DNA from: Candidatus Bathyarchaeota archaeon
GTDB taxonomy: Archaea > Thermoproteota > Bathyarchaeia > TCS64
NCBI GenBank assembly: GCA_020346605.1
Contig: CP070784.1
Location: forward strand, 1,440,702-1,504,701
Reading direction: 5' to 3'
Length of the DNA: 64,000 bases
Shown here: positions 55,648 through 64,000 of the stretch, piece after piece
How positions within the stretch are numbered: the stretch's first letter is position 1
How the letters are laid out: each line of letters opens with the position of its first letter
Made by a program: the position numbers and the translations under genes
The notes under the pieces: generated by a model
Databases searched by the model: none
What the model saw: only the letters and a program-made list of their open reading frames with translations
What the model was told of the DNA's origin: nothing

Positions 55648-56472
55648 TCAGAAGCCGCGGAGGACCCCGACACGGGCGATGGCGAAGCCGACGAGTAGCA
55701 GCACGATCCCCGCGCCGACAAGGACGTAGCTGATGGTGTGGAGTATGGTTATCCTTACGCCGAGCTGGATGCCGATGTCGACTTCGCTGGAGCCGTCGGC
55801 GTTCATGGCCACCACCCAGTAGCTCCCCGTCTGGGGCTCCCACTCCAGGATCTGGGTCCCCGAGCCCGTCGCCGAGGCCTCCCAGAAGCCCTGGGCGGTC
55901 GGTGGAGCCGAGGGGGCGCCGCCTGGGTCGGGGTAGTAGGTGATCCTGGGGCGCTCCCCGCTGAAGGGGTCGTAGCTCCATTTGTAGTTTGAGACGATGT
56001 CGTACCCCACCTCCTCCAGGTAGTGCGCGGCGTCCGGGGCCCTGGCGATGCCGACGAACACCTGCTTCCCGGGGACGTTACTCTCGGCCACCAGCTTCAC
56101 TGTGACGATGTCTTGGGGCCTGGGGCGCGTCCAGACGGTGCTAGGGATGTCCATGTCAATGTGGACGTCGAACTCTCGGAACACAACGGCGTAGGAGTCG
56201 CTGTTCAAGCGCATCACGCGGCTGACCAAGAACCCCTCGTCATCGCTGAAGGAACCCTCGACCCAAATGATCGCCCCTCCTCCGGCTATCAGCCCCAGGG
56301 ACGCGATGATGAGTATTCCTCCTATGAAGACGACGACTAGGCGGCCTATGGTCCAGCCCAAGTCCGTGGGCCTCCGGTATGGGGCTCCTGTCTCCAATAT
56401 CTGAGCGCCGCAGTGGGGGCAGTACACGGCGTCCTCCCCGACCTCCTTCCCGCATTCTTGGCAGTAAGGCAT
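55648..56472 (-). CDS. zinc-ribbon membrane protein, hypothetical
   Basis: N-terminal MPYCQECGKEVGEDAVYCPHCG, then one helix, a polar domain of about 170 aa, and a C-terminal helix. Confidence 0.55.
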   Translation of the reverse strand: MPYCQECGKEVGEDAVYCPHCGAQILETGAPYRRPTDLGWTIGRLVVVFIGGILIIASLGLIAGGGAIIWVEGSFSDDEGFLVSRVMRLNSDSYAVVFREFDVHIDMDIPSTVWTRPRPQDIVTVKLVAESNVPGKQVFVGIARAPDAAHYLEEVGYDIVSNYKWSYDPFSGERPRITYYPDPGGAPSAPPTAQGFWEASATGSGTQILEWEPQTGSYWVVAMNADGSSEVDIGIQLGVRITILHTISYVLVGAGIVLLLVGFAIARVGVLRGF

Positions 56473-56569
56473 CCTCTTGACTCCTCAAGACTTAGAGTTC
56501 GATCACATTCTTAAGTCAAACTGAATTGTTCCATCGTCCGGCATCAGAACCCCGGTGACCTGATGAGCG

Positions 56570-57373
56570 CTAAGTGGTGTGTGAGAGCTTTGCTGGGCCG
56601 TAAACGAGGACCACTGCAAGGGAGTAGAGGACATTGATCGGCAGGACAATCATCATCCTTGCTTCCAGGGTGATCATGCCTGTCAGAAGGAAGAGTCCAT
56701 TCGAGAAGTTGGAGACTATGTGAAGCAACGTCGAGATGACGAGGCTCCCACCGGTGTTGTTGTACGCCCAGGTGTAGATGATCGACTCAGTCACTATGTG
56801 GACGGCGAACTACCAGTAGGGAACGCCTCCAGACTCGAAGGACGGAAGATATACGGGTATGTGCCACAGGCTCCACGTCAGTCCGAGGATCAGGCTTGAT
56901 GTCAGAGCGCCGAATCGCGTCTGGAGCCTTGGGAGGGCGAATCCGCGCCACCCTAGCTCCTCGCCGCTCGCCCCCGTCAACAGGCTCTCAACGAGCAGGA
57001 ATGCGATCAGCCTCCAATCGTATTCCATCATGGGCCCCGGAGGAGTGCTCCCCATTATCACGTAGACCCCGACAGCGAGGAGCCCAACGAAGAGGGGCGA
57101 GAAGGCGACGATGTACCAGAACGCCCCAACTCTCCACTTCGTCCAGCCGCTCAGCAGATTCCTCACACCGTTCACCTCCTTGACAATGAGGGCGGTCACT
57201 GTGATAGCTGCGATGTTCGGGGCCTAGGTCGCCAGCCAATGTAGGTACGAGAGAGTCTCGATTTGGCTTGCGGCTAGAATGGCTACATGAAGCACTGACG
57301 CCAAAATGAAATACCAGAGCACATGGATGACCTCTGAACCTGGGACTTCTTGAGACAGGTTACCTATTACCAT
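56570..57373 (-). pseudogene. CPBP-family (CAAX/Abi) intramembrane glutamic protease gene interrupted by two in-frame TAG codons
   Basis: A single 268-codon frame runs from ATG 57373 to TAG 56570-56572. It contains all three CPBP motifs: EELGWRGF, WSLWHIP and LLHIVSNF. It has in-frame TAGs at 57224-57226 and 56810-56812. The track splits it into 56810..57199 and 56570..56794. Confidence 0.7.
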
Positions 57374-57486
57374 CTCCAACCGCACCTGTAGATTTTTTTA
57401 GACTAGTTAATTACTTGTTCCAAAGACCGATGTTCCCTTCCCATGATCGATGCAGCGTGTCTACATCTTTCTCATCGGTTCCCGCT

Positions 57487-58242
57487 CTACGCATCCTTTT
57501 CACGTCTGAGCTCGAGGAGTCTTTTCTTCAACATAGATTCCATTCGTTCTAGGTGGATGTCGATGATCTCTTGGCCGTGCGTCGCGGACGCGTGCTCTCT
57601 GGGGTCTTCGCCTATGATGCCCAACAGCCATTCGTCGCTGTCTGTCGGCAGTTGCCCCATGTGGACCAGATCGGGATGCAGCGCCATCATGATCGATGTC
57701 TCGTTCGCTGCTGCGTGATCATACTGGAACTCCGTAGACGGTTGCCTCTCCTCCTCCCCGCGCCAGACCGTCATTATGATTAGGTCGAGCTTCTCCCCCA
57801 GCGACTCGCCGTTCCTGACGAAGTGGTTCGTGGAGGGGCCGTGTCCGTGGGCGACCACGATCCTGAACCCAGCGCGGCGGAGCTGCTTGAGCACCGCTTC
57901 GACCGTCTCAGAGAATAACCAGTCCGGCACCCAGTAGGCGCTTCCTTTCAGCTGTCTTGGTGAATCTGGCGCTGTCTTGGACAGGTCCATTCCGTAGTAT
58001 TCGACCCCGTCGACTTCTCTCATGCTGTCCGGCCCGAGGAAGAGGGGCGGCAGGACTATTCCTCCCACGCGTTCAGCGAGCTTTTTGAAGAGGCCCTGGC
58101 TCTGGAGGAAGTCGCTCCCCAACGGTAGGTGCGGCCCGTGCCACTCCAGGGTCCCCAATGAGAGGTACGCTATCGGCGCCGCCTTGATTCGCGATTCGAA
58201 GCCTGCCGGCGTCAGTCGCTCGTAGAGAGTTTCTTCGACCAT
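57487..58242 (-). CDS. creatininase-family amidohydrolase (paralog 3 of 3)
   Basis: Start re-picked at MVEETLYERL (ATG at 58242, 5 nt after the upstream stop). IAYLSLGTLEWHGPHLPLGSDFLQ. Confidence 0.8.
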   Translation of the reverse strand: MVEETLYERLTPAGFESRIKAAPIAYLSLGTLEWHGPHLPLGSDFLQSQGLFKKLAERVGGIVLPPLFLGPDSMREVDGVEYYGMDLSKTAPDSPRQLKGSAYWVPDWLFSETVEAVLKQLRRAGFRIVVAHGHGPSTNHFVRNGESLGEKLDLIIMTVWRGEEERQPSTEFQYDHAAANETSIMMALHPDLVHMGQLPTDSDEWLLGIIGEDPREHASATHGQEIIDIHLERMESMLKKRLLELRREKDA

Positions 58243-58247
58243 TTTCG

Positions 58248-58814
58248 TCAGCCCGCACGCCATATGATACCCGCAACGATCCCCGCCAGTATGGGGATGG
58301 GGACCCCTATCAGGACCCTCAGCCAGATGAGCCTCTGCCCTTCCACGACAGCTAGGTATCCGAGGTCTGTGGGTATCCTCGTCAGTGATATGCACTGCCA
58401 AGCGAAGATCATGGCTATCAGGGAGGGCACTGCCGCGCCTGAGGAGAAGAGGGCGGCGACTATGGGGAATATCACGTAGGGGCCACCTGGCATTGCGGCG
58501 CCGAACAGGCTGCCCAGGATGATGCCTGTGAAGCCGGACTCTTGGCCGAGGAGGCTGGACACGAGCTGGCGCGGTAGGAAAGTCCCGACGAAGCTTCCGA
58601 GGAAGACTCCCGAGAGCAGTAGCAGGGATATCCTGACGAGGGATCTTCCGCCTGTCTCCACGCTCCTAAGCGCCCTCTCGCGGGTCGTGGGATTGACCGC
58701 CGAGACTACGTAGACCATCAGTGTGAAGACGATCATGCCCTTCTCAACGAGGCTGAGGCTCCCCCACACCGTCTTCACTAAACCGTCGATGCTCATTGGA
58801 CCACCATTGAACAT
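58248..58814 (-). CDS. small permease-like membrane protein (UPF0718/ArsP-like?)
   Basis: Five or six hydrophobic helices and Gly-rich GAAMPGGPYVIFPI. The family assignment is tentative. Confidence 0.5.
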   Translation of the reverse strand: MFNGGPMSIDGLVKTVWGSLSLVEKGMIVFTLMVYVVSAVNPTTRERALRSVETGGRSLVRISLLLLSGVFLGSFVGTFLPRQLVSSLLGQESGFTGIILGSLFGAAMPGGPYVIFPIVAALFSSGAAVPSLIAMIFAWQCISLTRIPTDLGYLAVVEGQRLIWLRVLIGVPIPILAGIVAGIIWRAG

Positions 58815-58991
58815 AGTGTTGTTTTACTTTTATCTTAGTAATGTCGAGCGCTGCGTTCTTCCATCGGGGAATGACCAGGATCGGTGGTAACCCGCCCCTC
58901 TGTGAATGATGTATTCACTCCTTGGGTCCCTACTCGGATGTGGGTTTTCGCGAGCAGGCCTTCAGTGAAGCGCCGATGGTGGGTGCGCTCT

Positions 58992-59345
58992 TCACTCTCT
59001 TCGGAGATAGTCGTCCTGCCCCGTCAGCCAGTCTTCCCTGATGGGGCTGAAGATGTCCATGTCCAGGGTGTCCTCGAGGGCCACGGCGCTGTGCTCCACG
59101 TTGGAGGGTATGACCAGGACCTGCCCCTCCCCGACCCTGTACTTCCCGTTGGGCAGTGTGAGCTCCAGCAGGCCCTCGGGCACGTAAGTTATCTGCTCGC
59201 TCTCGTGCTTGTGCGATGGGACGACGCTCCCTTTCTTCAGGAAGACCTGGGCGACCATCACTTTTTCTCCGGTTATTATCTTCCTCGACAGCTTGGGGTT
59301 CAACCGTTCCTCGGGGATCTCTTTCCAGCTTTGCAGGCTCATCAT
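58992..59345 (-). CDS. cupin-domain protein
   Basis: Cupin motifs GSVVPSHKHESEQITYVPEG and VLVIPSNVEHSAVA. ATG at 59345. Confidence 0.8.
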   Translation of the reverse strand: MMSLQSWKEIPEERLNPKLSRKIITGEKVMVAQVFLKKGSVVPSHKHESEQITYVPEGLLELTLPNGKYRVGEGQVLVIPSNVEHSAVALEDTLDMDIFSPIREDWLTGQDDYLRRE

Positions 59346-59700
59346 CGGTTCACAGTAGGCATCTGATGCGACCAATCTAAAAAGGTCTTACATCAGCATA
59401 CACGGCTAGCGTACGCGCTGGAGTACGCAACTTTATTCTTAAATTTGATATTATTAGCAGAGAACTAGATACAATTGGCCTCAAATAGCAGAGAAGTTCG
59501 AGCCTCTCTATAGCCAGATTAAGCTAATTGTAATACAACAATACCCGGAACTCAAGACCTGATCCTCGTCCCCAACTCTTTTCTAGAGTATTTTATCATC
59601 GCCTGAACGGGTCTACGATGCTCGAGGACGAAGGAGACCTCTGGCGGTGCTCGATAGAACAAGCCAAATACTGAGAGGTGCAAGGCCATTACGAAGTTTT

Positions 59701-61008
59701 ATGTCAGTTTCGCCCTCCTACGAAGAGCTCAAGGGGTACGTCGACTCCATCCGCGTCGTCGACACCCACGAGCACCTCTCCCAGGAGCCGGAGAGGCTGA
59801 AGCAGAAGGTCGACCTCTTGGCCACCTTCTTCTCTCACTACGCCTCATCAGACCTCCGCTCCGCCGGGATGCCCGAGGAGCAGCTCATCGAGATTAGGGA
59901 CCCCTCCACCCCACTGGAGGAGAGGTGGGGGGTCTTCGAACCTTGGTGGGAGAAGATCAGAAACACAGGGTACGCAAGGGCCCTGGAGATCGCCGTGAGA
60001 GACCTCTACGGAGTCGACGGCATCGGCCCGGACACCTACGGACGGCTCTCCGAGGAGATGAGACAGAGGAACGTCGAGGGGCTGTACCGCTGGGTGCTCA
60101 AGGACGGATCCGGCATAGACGTCTCCATAAACGACACAATCGTCTACGACGTCGACAGGGAGTTCTTCGCCCCCGTCAGGCGCTTCGGCGAGTTCCTCAC
60201 CGTAAGGGACAGGACCGGCCTGGAGGCCCTGGGGAGGCAGGTGGGAGGCCCCATCCACAGCTTCCGCAGTATGGTCTCTGCACTCAGGTCGGAGTTCGAG
60301 AGGACCTCCGGCAAGATCGTGGGCGTCAAGATCGGCCTCGCCTACACCCGCCCCATCCACTTCGAGAAGGCCAGCTTCTCCGAGGCGGAGGAGGCGTTCA
60401 ATGGGCTCTATAGGGCGGAGAGGTTCAAGGTCCACGACACCTCCGAGGTCTGGAAGATAGTCCCGGAGCCAGTGGGCGTCGATCTCCGTCCAATGCAGGA
60501 TTACCTCGTCCACGTGATGATGGAGGAGGTCGAGAGGAGGGAGCTCCCCGTCCAGATCCACACTGGGCTTCAGGAGGGGAACGAGAACATCCTCTCCAAC
60601 TCTAACCCGGAGCTCCTCGTCAACCTCTTCATGGAGTACAAGGACGCACGCTTCGACATCTTCCACGGCAGTTGGCCCTACAGCGGCGAGCTCGGCGCAC
60701 TGGCGAAGAACTTCCCCAACGTCTACATCGACATGTGCTGGATGCACATCATTTCCCCCAGTGGCTCGCGGAGGATCCTCTCCGAGTGGCTTGACGAGGT
60801 GCCGGCGAACAAGATCATGGGCTTCGGCGGCGACTACCTCTTCGTGGAGGGGGTCTACGGCCACTCGGTGATCGCGAGGGAGAACATCGCCCGGGTCCTG
60901 GCGGAGAAGGTCGACGACGGCGACTACACCATGGCGCAGGCCAAGAAGTACGCCTCCTGGCTCCTGCGGGAGAACGCCCTCAGGCTGTTCTTCCCCGACG
61001 GCCTGTAG
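59701..61008 (+). CDS. metal-dependent amidohydrolase (Amidohydrolase-2-like TIM barrel)
   Basis: Start re-picked at MSVSPSYEELKGYVDSIRVVDTHEHL (ATG at 59701). The HxH motif at the end of strand 1. Length 435 aa. Confidence 0.7.
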   Translation: MSVSPSYEELKGYVDSIRVVDTHEHLSQEPERLKQKVDLLATFFSHYASSDLRSAGMPEEQLIEIRDPSTPLEERWGVFEPWWEKIRNTGYARALEIAVRDLYGVDGIGPDTYGRLSEEMRQRNVEGLYRWVLKDGSGIDVSINDTIVYDVDREFFAPVRRFGEFLTVRDRTGLEALGRQVGGPIHSFRSMVSALRSEFERTSGKIVGVKIGLAYTRPIHFEKASFSEAEEAFNGLYRAERFKVHDTSEVWKIVPEPVGVDLRPMQDYLVHVMMEEVERRELPVQIHTGLQEGNENILSNSNPELLVNLFMEYKDARFDIFHGSWPYSGELGALAKNFPNVYIDMCWMHIISPSGSRRILSEWLDEVPANKIMGFGGDYLFVEGVYGHSVIARENIARVLAEKVDDGDYTMAQAKKYASWLLRENALRLFFPDGL

Positions 61009-61023
61009 ATGCTCGCCGGGACC

Positions 61024-62436
61024 TCAGTCCCCGACCATGCGCATCGCCTTATAAGGGTTGAGCAGGTACGGTGGGAGGTAGCCCGGCATGTTGGAGAAGG
61101 GCAGCACTTCGGGCCTGAGCCGTATCCCCAGCACATCCATCATGAACTCTCTGCGAGCCTTTATGCGTCGCCAGGCTTCGGGGTAGCGCTCCGCAAGCTC
61201 TGCTCTGAGCCCCTCGTCGGCGAGGGCTATCCCATCCTCGGCGTTTATGGTAAAGTAGTGGGTCCCCGTGGCAGGGATGATGTCCATCTGGATGGCCATC
61301 CCGGATCTGAGCCGGATCGTTGAGCTCTCGTAGATGGGGGAGTGGACCCACTCGTCCAAGCTTATGATGTGGCCCGGGTTGAGGCTCACCCCGAAGAAGG
61401 GGTCACCGATACGGTCGTGCACGGCACTGTATATCTCGCCGCCCGTGACGCCGATGCCCACGTGCTCGTACCAGGCTGCGACCGCCTCGAAGTAGGGGGC
61501 TACAAGCCTCTCGACATAGTCCCGGATCCCCTCGGGAAGGTCATCTTCGCCCTCGACGACGAAGCCAGCCCTGCAGTTCAGCGCACCCCAGACCCCATAA
61601 GCAGTGGTGAAGGGGTCCCCTCTCTCGATCCTCCGCGAGGACGGGCTCCCCAGCCCCATGAACGCCCTGGGGCCGCTGGAGAGCATCAGGTGGCAGGAGA
61701 GGGGGAGGCCGCTCAGCCTCATCAGCCTCACCGCGTCGAACTCCGTCATCCCCGGGCGGAGGCCGAAGACGGCGTCCCTCACCGCCTGGGAGGTGTGCGA
61801 GGCGGCGAACTCGAAGCAGGCGAGCTGATCGACACCGTTCTGTGTCCTGAGCCCCCTCTCGGGGTCCATGAGCAGGTCGTTGGCGTTCCTCACCAGCTCC
61901 CTGGAGCCGCAGACTGCTCGCAGAGCGTCGGCAATGTAGGAGGGGACCTCGAGCATCGTCTCGGGCGCATCGGCCTCCTCCCTCGTGTAGTACTTCCAAC
62001 CGGCGACGCCGACGCTCATCCCCTCCTCTAGGCCAGCGGACCGCAGGACCCCGACGAGCCTCCGGCTCCCGATCCTGTCCTGCCCCATCAGGCTGAAGCT
62101 CGGGAAGAGGACGGTCTTCAGCTCACCAGCGATGGGGCTGATACCCAGATATCCCCAGCCCTCGTGGCCGACCATCAGCGCAGGCTTATTTCCGCCGCCG
62201 AGGTCGATGACTAGGAGCGCCTCCTCGAAGCGGGGGTCGTACCCCGTGAGGAAGGCGAGGTTCGCGCTGTGCTCCCTGTCGGCGTAGACAACCAGACCTT
62301 TGTATCCCTCTTCCTCCGCCTTGTCCCTGAGGCCGGCCATCCTCCCGCGAAAGGTCTCGGCGGGCACGGAGGGTTTGGTCGTGGGGACACCGAACTCGGG
62401 AAGCTCCAATTCACACAGCTCAGCATGGCGGTCCAA
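61024..62436 (-). CDS. M24-family hydrolase (creatinase / Xaa-Pro peptidase-like)
   Basis: A creatinase/prolidase-type N-domain (LVVYADREHSANLAFLTGYDPRFEEALLVI) followed by a pita-bread-like C-domain. Metal ligands not verified. Confidence 0.6.
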   Translation of the reverse strand: MDRHAELCELELPEFGVPTTKPSVPAETFRGRMAGLRDKAEEEGYKGLVVYADREHSANLAFLTGYDPRFEEALLVIDLGGGNKPALMVGHEGWGYLGISPIAGELKTVLFPSFSLMGQDRIGSRRLVGVLRSAGLEEGMSVGVAGWKYYTREEADAPETMLEVPSYIADALRAVCGSRELVRNANDLLMDPERGLRTQNGVDQLACFEFAASHTSQAVRDAVFGLRPGMTEFDAVRLMRLSGLPLSCHLMLSSGPRAFMGLGSPSSRRIERGDPFTTAYGVWGALNCRAGFVVEGEDDLPEGIRDYVERLVAPYFEAVAAWYEHVGIGVTGGEIYSAVHDRIGDPFFGVSLNPGHIISLDEWVHSPIYESSTIRLRSGMAIQMDIIPATGTHYFTINAEDGIALADEGLRAELAERYPEAWRRIKARREFMMDVLGIRLRPEVLPFSNMPGYLPPYLLNPYKAMRMVGD

Positions 62437-62527
62437 GCAGGCACCCAGATATGATCAAGTTCATGATATTATTCTTCCCTCCCCTTGCGCGGTGGACAAA
62501 GTCTTTTAACAGGTCCGGGTTTCAGGT

Positions 62528-63463
62528 ATGACCATGCCTTCCTTCGGCATCAGCCGCGAGAGCGGGGCCCTGAAGAGGGTGCTGGTCCACCACCCTGGGA
62601 GGGAGCTGGAGCTCGCTAATCAGGACCCCGAGGAGCACCACTTCGAGATGCCCGTAGACGTGGACAAATTCGCCTCGGACCACAGGGAGCTCATGGACGC
62701 CCTCGAGGGCGCAGGCGTTGAGGTCCTCAACGTTGGGACGCTCCTCGCCGACGACCAGCGCCTCTCAGAGGAGGTCCTCCGGTGCCCTAACTTGGTCTTC
62801 ACCAGGGACAGCAGCGCCGTCACCGACTGCGGAGCCATTCTGATGAGGATGGGGCTGCTCTCAAGGCGGCGTGAGACCCCCCTCATCGAGGCCGCGCACG
62901 AGGCCATTGGAGTACCTGTCAGCCTGAGGCTGGCGGAGCCCGAGACTTTCGAGGGGGGAGGCTTCGCCCTTCTCGAGGGGCGGGTCGCGGTCGCCGGGCT
63001 CTGCAACAGGACAACCCAGGGAGCTCTCGACGCCGTCAGGGAGTTCCTCTTCGGCGAGGGGCTAGTGGACACTTTCGTCGTCCTCAGGCTGGCACCCGAT
63101 GACATCCACATCGACGGCGACTTCGCGGAGCTCCCCGGCAGGACCGCCCTGGTCCACAGGGGGGCCCTGGGCCACGCCCCCGCCGTCTTCCACACGCCCT
63201 CCGAGACCTGGGAGATGGGCTTCGTCGACTGGCTGGAGGAGGAGGGCTGGGACACCCTCGAGATCACGGACCAGGAGAGGAACGACGCGGCCGCGAACTT
63301 CCTCACGGTGGACAGCGACTTGGCGATCCACTACACAGGGAACCCCAGGGTGATGCGCGAGGCTAGAGAGAGGGGGATCGACGTCATCCAGATCCCGGGC
63401 GAGGAGATGAAGAAGGGGATGGGCGGAGTCCACTGCATGACCTGCCCGATACTCAGGACGTAG
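62528..63463 (+). CDS. amidinotransferase-superfamily enzyme (arginine deiminase / DDAH-like)
   Basis: LVFTRDS, FEGGGF, and the C-terminal catalytic-Cys signature GMGGVHCMTCPI, typical of guanidino-group-modifying enzymes. Confidence 0.8.
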   Translation: MTMPSFGISRESGALKRVLVHHPGRELELANQDPEEHHFEMPVDVDKFASDHRELMDALEGAGVEVLNVGTLLADDQRLSEEVLRCPNLVFTRDSSAVTDCGAILMRMGLLSRRRETPLIEAAHEAIGVPVSLRLAEPETFEGGGFALLEGRVAVAGLCNRTTQGALDAVREFLFGEGLVDTFVVLRLAPDDIHIDGDFAELPGRTALVHRGALGHAPAVFHTPSETWEMGFVDWLEEEGWDTLEITDQERNDAAANFLTVDSDLAIHYTGNPRVMREARERGIDVIQIPGEEMKKGMGGVHCMTCPILRT

Positions 63464-63583
63464 ACCGACGCCCTCCTTCAAACCTGCAAGGGGACGGCTC
63501 AGCGCACTCCAAGTCCCAGATTTGAAGCCCGCCGACAAACCCGCGGGTAAACTGTTTTAACATGATCAGCCCACTACTCCCCC

Positions 63584-64000
63584 ATGTCCGGTGACAAGTT
63601 CGAGTGCGAGCTCATGGACTGGGAGCTCTTCTACTCGCTGTCGGAGAAGGTCGCGCGAAAGATCATCGAGTCGGGGTACAGGCCCGACTTCATCGTGGGC
63701 TTGGCCCGCGGGGGATGGGTGCTGAGTCGCGTGCTCTGTGACTTCCTGGGGGTCAAGGACCTGGTGAGCCTCAAGGTGGAGCACTGGGGCGTGACCGCGA
63801 CCCCCGACGGGAAGGCCCAGCTCAAGTACCCCTTCGACATAGACCTCACGGGGAGGCAGGTCCTCGTGGTGGACGACATCACCGACACCGGGGAGAGCAT
63901 GCGGATCGCCACCGAGTACGTCGAGACCAAGAACCCCGCCGAGGTGAGGACGGCTGCGCTCAGGCACATCACCGGCTCCGGCGTCGTCCCGGACTACTTC
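63584..64000 (+). CDS. purine phosphoribosyltransferase, 5' part (runs off the window end)
   Basis: Not in the track because it has no stop. From ATG at 63584, the frame is open to base 64000. PRPP loop VLVVDDITDTGESM. FIVGLARGGWV. Confidence 0.8.
   Translation, partial: MSGDKFECELMDWELFYSLSEKVARKIIESGYRPDFIVGLARGGWVLSRVLCDFLGVKDLVSLKVEHWGVTATPDGKAQLKYPFDIDLTGRQVLVVDDITDTGESMRIATEYVETKNPAEVRTAALRHITGSGVVPDYF

Noticed and set aside
56570-57373. Genome-wide reassignment of UAG (for example pyrrolysine decoding) as the explanation for the two in-frame TAGs.
   Set aside because: TAG terminates a large share, roughly a third or more, of the confidently called genes in this window. Examples are the UbiA gene, the receiver gene, rpl40e, the TPP enzyme, B2, A1', A2', ahcY and DUF424. 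UAG is therefore a normal stop here. Only gene-specific read-through or a pseudogene remains plausible. No pyl genes are in the window.
1-64000. CRISPR arrays, transposases, integrases, prophage genes and rRNA.
   Set aside because: No regularly spaced direct repeats were seen on reading the intergenic regions, and no ORF has DDE, tyrosine-recombinase or Cas-like motifs. The only large repetition is the diverged paralogous gene cassette, which is similar at the protein level and not at the nucleotide level.

Overview
Archaeal chromosomal segment of about 60% GC by eye, densely coding on both strands. I call about 64 protein genes and one tRNA-Val, and found no rRNA, CRISPR array, transposase or integrase. 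The archaeal assignment rests on ribosomal protein L40e, aIF2-beta, a PAC2 proteasome chaperone, DUF424, a PDCD5-like DNA-binding protein and FtsZ. Housekeeping and salvage genes are metG, ahcY, MTA phosphorylase, adenosine deaminase, a purine PRTase, pcm, an MtaB-type methylthiotransferase and an IPMDH-family dehydrogenase. They are interspersed with redox enzymes: a CoxSML-type molybdenum hydroxylase operon with XdhC and MocA, a tungsten AOR, an iron-sulfur flavoprotein, and a TPP enzyme / DUF362 / FAD oxidase / radical-SAM cluster. There is also a block rich in creatininase, amidohydrolase and amidinotransferase genes. The most unusual content is a seven-gene set present twice, at 14238-20970 and, rearranged, at 25446-34195. 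Each copy has a small Lys-tailed protein, a double actin-fold (GlmL/MutL-like) ATPase, a barrel-sandwich-hybrid protein and four membrane proteins I cannot place in any known family; ftsZ lies between the copies. This looks like an uncharacterised ATP-driven membrane system. Second-tier oddities are a CPBP protease gene that is intact apart from two in-frame TAG codons, a low-GC islet with a UbiA prenyltransferase, an orphan giant FtsX-type permease, and three creatininase paralogs. All family calls come from motifs read by eye and nothing was searched against databases. The ORF track uses ATG, GTG and TTG starts, so many starts were re-picked and remain uncertain by tens of bases.
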